Assembly: GCA_041659545.1 (NCBI GenBank)
Contig: JBAZYB010000001.1
Span: 119,510 to 183,509 of the forward strand
DNA: 64,000 bases
Direction: 5' to 3'
Origin: Hyphomicrobium sp.
GTDB taxonomy: Bacteria > Pseudomonadota > Alphaproteobacteria > Rhizobiales > Hyphomicrobiaceae
Part shown: positions 61,579-64,000 of the stretch, in pieces
How positions within the stretch are numbered: the stretch's first letter is position 1
How the letters are laid out: each line of letters opens with the position of its first letter
Position numbers and translations under genes: made by a program
Notes under the pieces: generated by a model
The model's database searches: none
The model's input: the letters and a program-made list of their open reading frames with translations, nothing else
Told to the model about the DNA's origin: nothing

Positions 61579-62496
61579 GTGTCCGCCTCACCATTCTTGC
61601 GTTCCTTCGCCCCGGAAACGTGGAGCTACGCCCGGAAGTTTAGGGAGTTTATGGGACCCCCGTTCAGACTCGATCAGGAGTTGAGAACAGGAACATCGGC
61701 AGTCCTAAGCCACCGGGATAAGTATGAGTTGCTCGCTGCGATCGCGACAGACCTTGCGGCGCGCATCGACCGTGACGAAGTAGAACTCGATACACAGGGG
61801 TATAGCCCGGCTCTCGGAACCCGGTCGTTCGCCGCGCTGTTCGAAACGCTCGTCGCCGAGCAATACGGCATTCTGGATGGCCTTCGGCGGGCTGCCACGT
61901 CCGTCTTTGAGAACGTCCGCAACTTGCCCCAGGGTTCAACCAAGAGATTTTTTGAACTCGCCGGAAGAGGTGTGTACGGCACACCCCGCGCAGATCATCC
62001 TTTGGCGGCAGCATTCCCAGAATTGACGATGGCGTTAGCCCAAGCACACGGTTCGTGGTTCCCGCTACTGCGTCAGGTGCGAACGCTAACAACGCATGGC
62101 GAAATCGGCTCGTGCTATAGAGACCGGGCGGGTGTCGCGATCTCGTATCGGCACCGAGCGATCCGAGAGGTCTTCGTTCCGGACGCCGTCCATTGGCTCA
62201 ACGAAACCTCCGCTCACATTTTCCAACTGACGGAGTTGTTCTATCGCGGTTGCTATCTTGCCCTGGAGCCGGCCGAGCGCGCGATGGCCTGCGGCATGCA
62301 CAACGGATTGCTCTACGAGAGATTCGTCTCGCCGTCGCCAGCCATATCCCTCAACGACGGCCGATGTCTGTCGCGCGGCTGGTTTGAGATCAGGCCCGGC
62401 GCGGAATGCCCAATGCGCCTTTCCTGCAGTGCCTATTTGCGCCCAGTTCCACAGCTTGAGCGCGAGGCTCACTACGGCGTCATCTCGAGGAGCTGA
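61579..62496 (+). CDS. Hypothetical protein
   Basis: 305-aa ORF with GTG start. No family recognised. Confidence 0.45.
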   Translation: MSASPFLRSFAPETWSYARKFREFMGPPFRLDQELRTGTSAVLSHRDKYELLAAIATDLAARIDRDEVELDTQGYSPALGTRSFAALFETLVAEQYGILDGLRRAATSVFENVRNLPQGSTKRFFELAGRGVYGTPRADHPLAAAFPELTMALAQAHGSWFPLLRQVRTLTTHGEIGSCYRDRAGVAISYRHRAIREVFVPDAVHWLNETSAHIFQLTELFYRGCYLALEPAERAMACGMHNGLLYERFVSPSPAISLNDGRCLSRGWFEIRPGAECPMRLSCSAYLRPVPQLEREAHYGVISRS

Positions 62497-62650
62497 CTCT
62501 CGCAGTCGCGTCAGCACAAGGACATCGTCCAGGAGGGCAACGAGTCGCCCATCCGCGCGCTGGTTTCTCAGTTCCGACGGATTGATAATGAGGCGTATCC
62601 TGACTAATGTATAGCCCGCGTAAGCTTCCGTCTGCAGCATCCCGAGAACT

Positions 62651-64000
62651 ATGAAAATCGTTATCGGTTCCGACTCGTTGTTGAAGGCGCGCGACTGGTT
62701 CGGGTCTCCACAACATAATTCTCTGTTCGTTGACATAGTCAGTTGGGCGACGGCCCGCGAACCGACGTGGGGCCAATGCGCCTTCTTTGTTGAGGTCGAC
62801 ATACCGGGCAACGGTCGGACCAAGGCTACGAATGTCGACCTAATCCTCGCGTTCTCAAGCCGAGTCGCGGTGTGTGAGATCAAGCACTACCGGAGCCTCA
62901 GCCGCGCTCAGGATTCGTTAAGCGACTCCCTGGATCAATGCCGCACGAACGCTGACTTGGTGAAGGAGCACCTTTCACTAGCGCATATCTTGCCGGAGCA
63001 AGCGATTAGGCCGTTCCTGTTCCTGCCCGCTTTGAACAGCAAGGAGATCACTGCGTTAGTAGACGAACAACTGTTGAAGAGTTCGTTACGGCACATCGCC
63101 ATCGCTGGCGGCGGCGACTGTCGCGAAGAGCCAGTGATGAAGAATGGCCATCCTGTGTTCTTTCCTCGAGCGCTGGACGGTCGACTTGGCCAAATTAGAG
63201 CAGCAGATCGACGGTTCTATAGAAATGGGGCCGAGGTGTTTCTCGAGAACCTCGTCAATCCTCGAGTACACGTGTTTGCTGCGTTGGATCAGGCCATCGA
63301 GTACGTGCGCACCCAGGCTGACACTGCGCATCGGCTTCGCCTACCCATCGGTCACGTTAGCAACCTCAGGCCAGAATCGATGCAACGCGCCCAGGAAGCC
63401 CTCGCGAACTTTGGCGTCGTCGAAATCTGCGCACCGTTTGGGGTCGGGAAGTCTGCCTTTATCAAGGAATTGATTTACACGGTTGCCCAACAGTCTTCTA
63501 CTCGGATTCGCCTTGCGGCAATCAGTATCGAAGGTGTGACGTCGATAACCGAACTAACACGCAGGTTTGTGTTCGCGTTTGACCTGGACTCCAAGCCCGA
63601 CACCGATGAAGACAAGTTAACGGCGCAGCTATTTGAGGTGGAGGGCATCGCGTGGATTACGTCGTACGGATCGGAAGCGACAGTCGCGGTCCGACGGCTC
63701 ATCGACTCTGCGCTGGCGACTTCTGATCGTCGTTGTAAGTTTATTGTCGAGTCGAAGATTCCACTTCATCCATACACTCGGGAGAGTGGAACACGAAAAT
63801 TCAACATTCATTTCACTGAACTTCGTGCCGGTGCTATAGGCAAGATCGTGGAGTTCAATGCTGCTGGCAATCCGGACTTTCCATTAGCGGCAATGAAAGG
63901 ATGGAAGAATCCACGTTTGGCACTTGCGCGGTGGCAGTCACCGAGTCTGGAAGAGGAGTCGCCTGAACTGGTCCACGAGTTTTCGTGGTTCAACGAGATC
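62651..64000 (+). CDS. Partial ORF (continues beyond the window): NERD/PD-(D/E)xK-like nuclease domain fused to a P-loop NTPase
   Basis: Absent from the supplied ORF track because it has no stop in the window. I translated it by hand from ATG 62651 and found no stop to position 64000. NVDLILAFSSRVAVCEIKHYRS fits a D...ExK nuclease core. VEICAPFGVGKSAFIKEL is a Walker A motif. Confidence 0.6.
   Translation, partial: MKIVIGSDSLLKARDWFGSPQHNSLFVDIVSWATAREPTWGQCAFFVEVDIPGNGRTKATNVDLILAFSSRVAVCEIKHYRSLSRAQDSLSDSLDQCRTNADLVKEHLSLAHILPEQAIRPFLFLPALNSKEITALVDEQLLKSSLRHIAIAGGGDCREEPVMKNGHPVFFPRALDGRLGQIRAADRRFYRNGAEVFLENLVNPRVHVFAALDQAIEYVRTQADTAHRLRLPIGHVSNLRPESMQRAQEALANFGVVEICAPFGVGKSAFIKELIYTVAQQSSTRIRLAAISIEGVTSITELTRRFVFAFDLDSKPDTDEDKLTAQLFEVEGIAWITSYGSEATVAVRRLIDSALATSDRRCKFIVESKIPLHPYTRESGTRKFNIHFTELRAGAIGKIVEFNAAGNPDFPLAAMKGWKNPRLALARWQSPSLEEESPELVHEFSWFNEI

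Noticed and set aside
62086-62883. 265-aa minus-strand ORF.
   Set aside because: It overlaps the 3' part of 61579..62496(+) and the 5' part of the long hand-translated + ORF from 62651, which has nuclease and Walker A motifs. It has no motif of its own.

Overview
High-GC bacterial chromosomal segment, probably Acidobacteriota, judged only from an ADOP-type (acidobacterial duplicated orphan permease) gene. Everything below comes from reading the sequence and ORF translations by eye; no searches were run.

Layout:
1. 1-6.7 kb: a tyrosine recombinase killed by one in-frame TAA, an SSS-like transporter, a translationally coupled pair of lycopene-cyclase-domain genes, and a secreted SH3b protein.
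2. 6.4-12.7 kb: a scar zone. It holds the left copy of a ~0.45-0.69 kb direct repeat, two HExxH lipoprotein genes (one frameshifted), a 237-bp element of 10-bp-phased GGCAGA motifs, a decayed IS66-family element, and a 5'-truncated alanine racemase gene.
3. 12.9-14.9 kb: small unknown genes with two copies of a GAGACAY-N5-ATGTCT palindrome.
4. 14.9-58.7 kb: a very compact, almost entirely co-directional biosynthetic gene cluster.
5. 58.8-60.8 kb: an orphan zf-HC2 anti-sigma fragment, a truncated IS21-family element whose left end has seven tandem 22-23 bp repeats, and the right copy of the direct repeat plus the second GGCAGA element.
6. 60.9-64.0 kb: two unknown genes and a partial NERD/PD-(D/E)xK + P-loop ORF that runs off the window.

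The cluster is the main candidate for a previously undescribed system. It encodes:
- four cobalamin-type radical SAM enzymes, three of them paralogous
- five methyltransferase-fold proteins and two Fe(II)/2OG oxygenases
- PabA/PabB plus a class IV aminotransferase/ADC-lyase-like enzyme and a DAHP synthase
- two ANL ligases plus a PaaK/F390-like ligase
- two free carrier proteins plus one fused carrier domain
- an HMGL-cupin-carrier fusion and an AsnB-like amidotransferase
- a split PEP-utilising phosphotransfer module
- a nucleotidyltransferase fused to a PqqD-like domain
- an ABC-2 exporter

I saw no NRPS, PKS, YcaO or lanthipeptide machinery in it.
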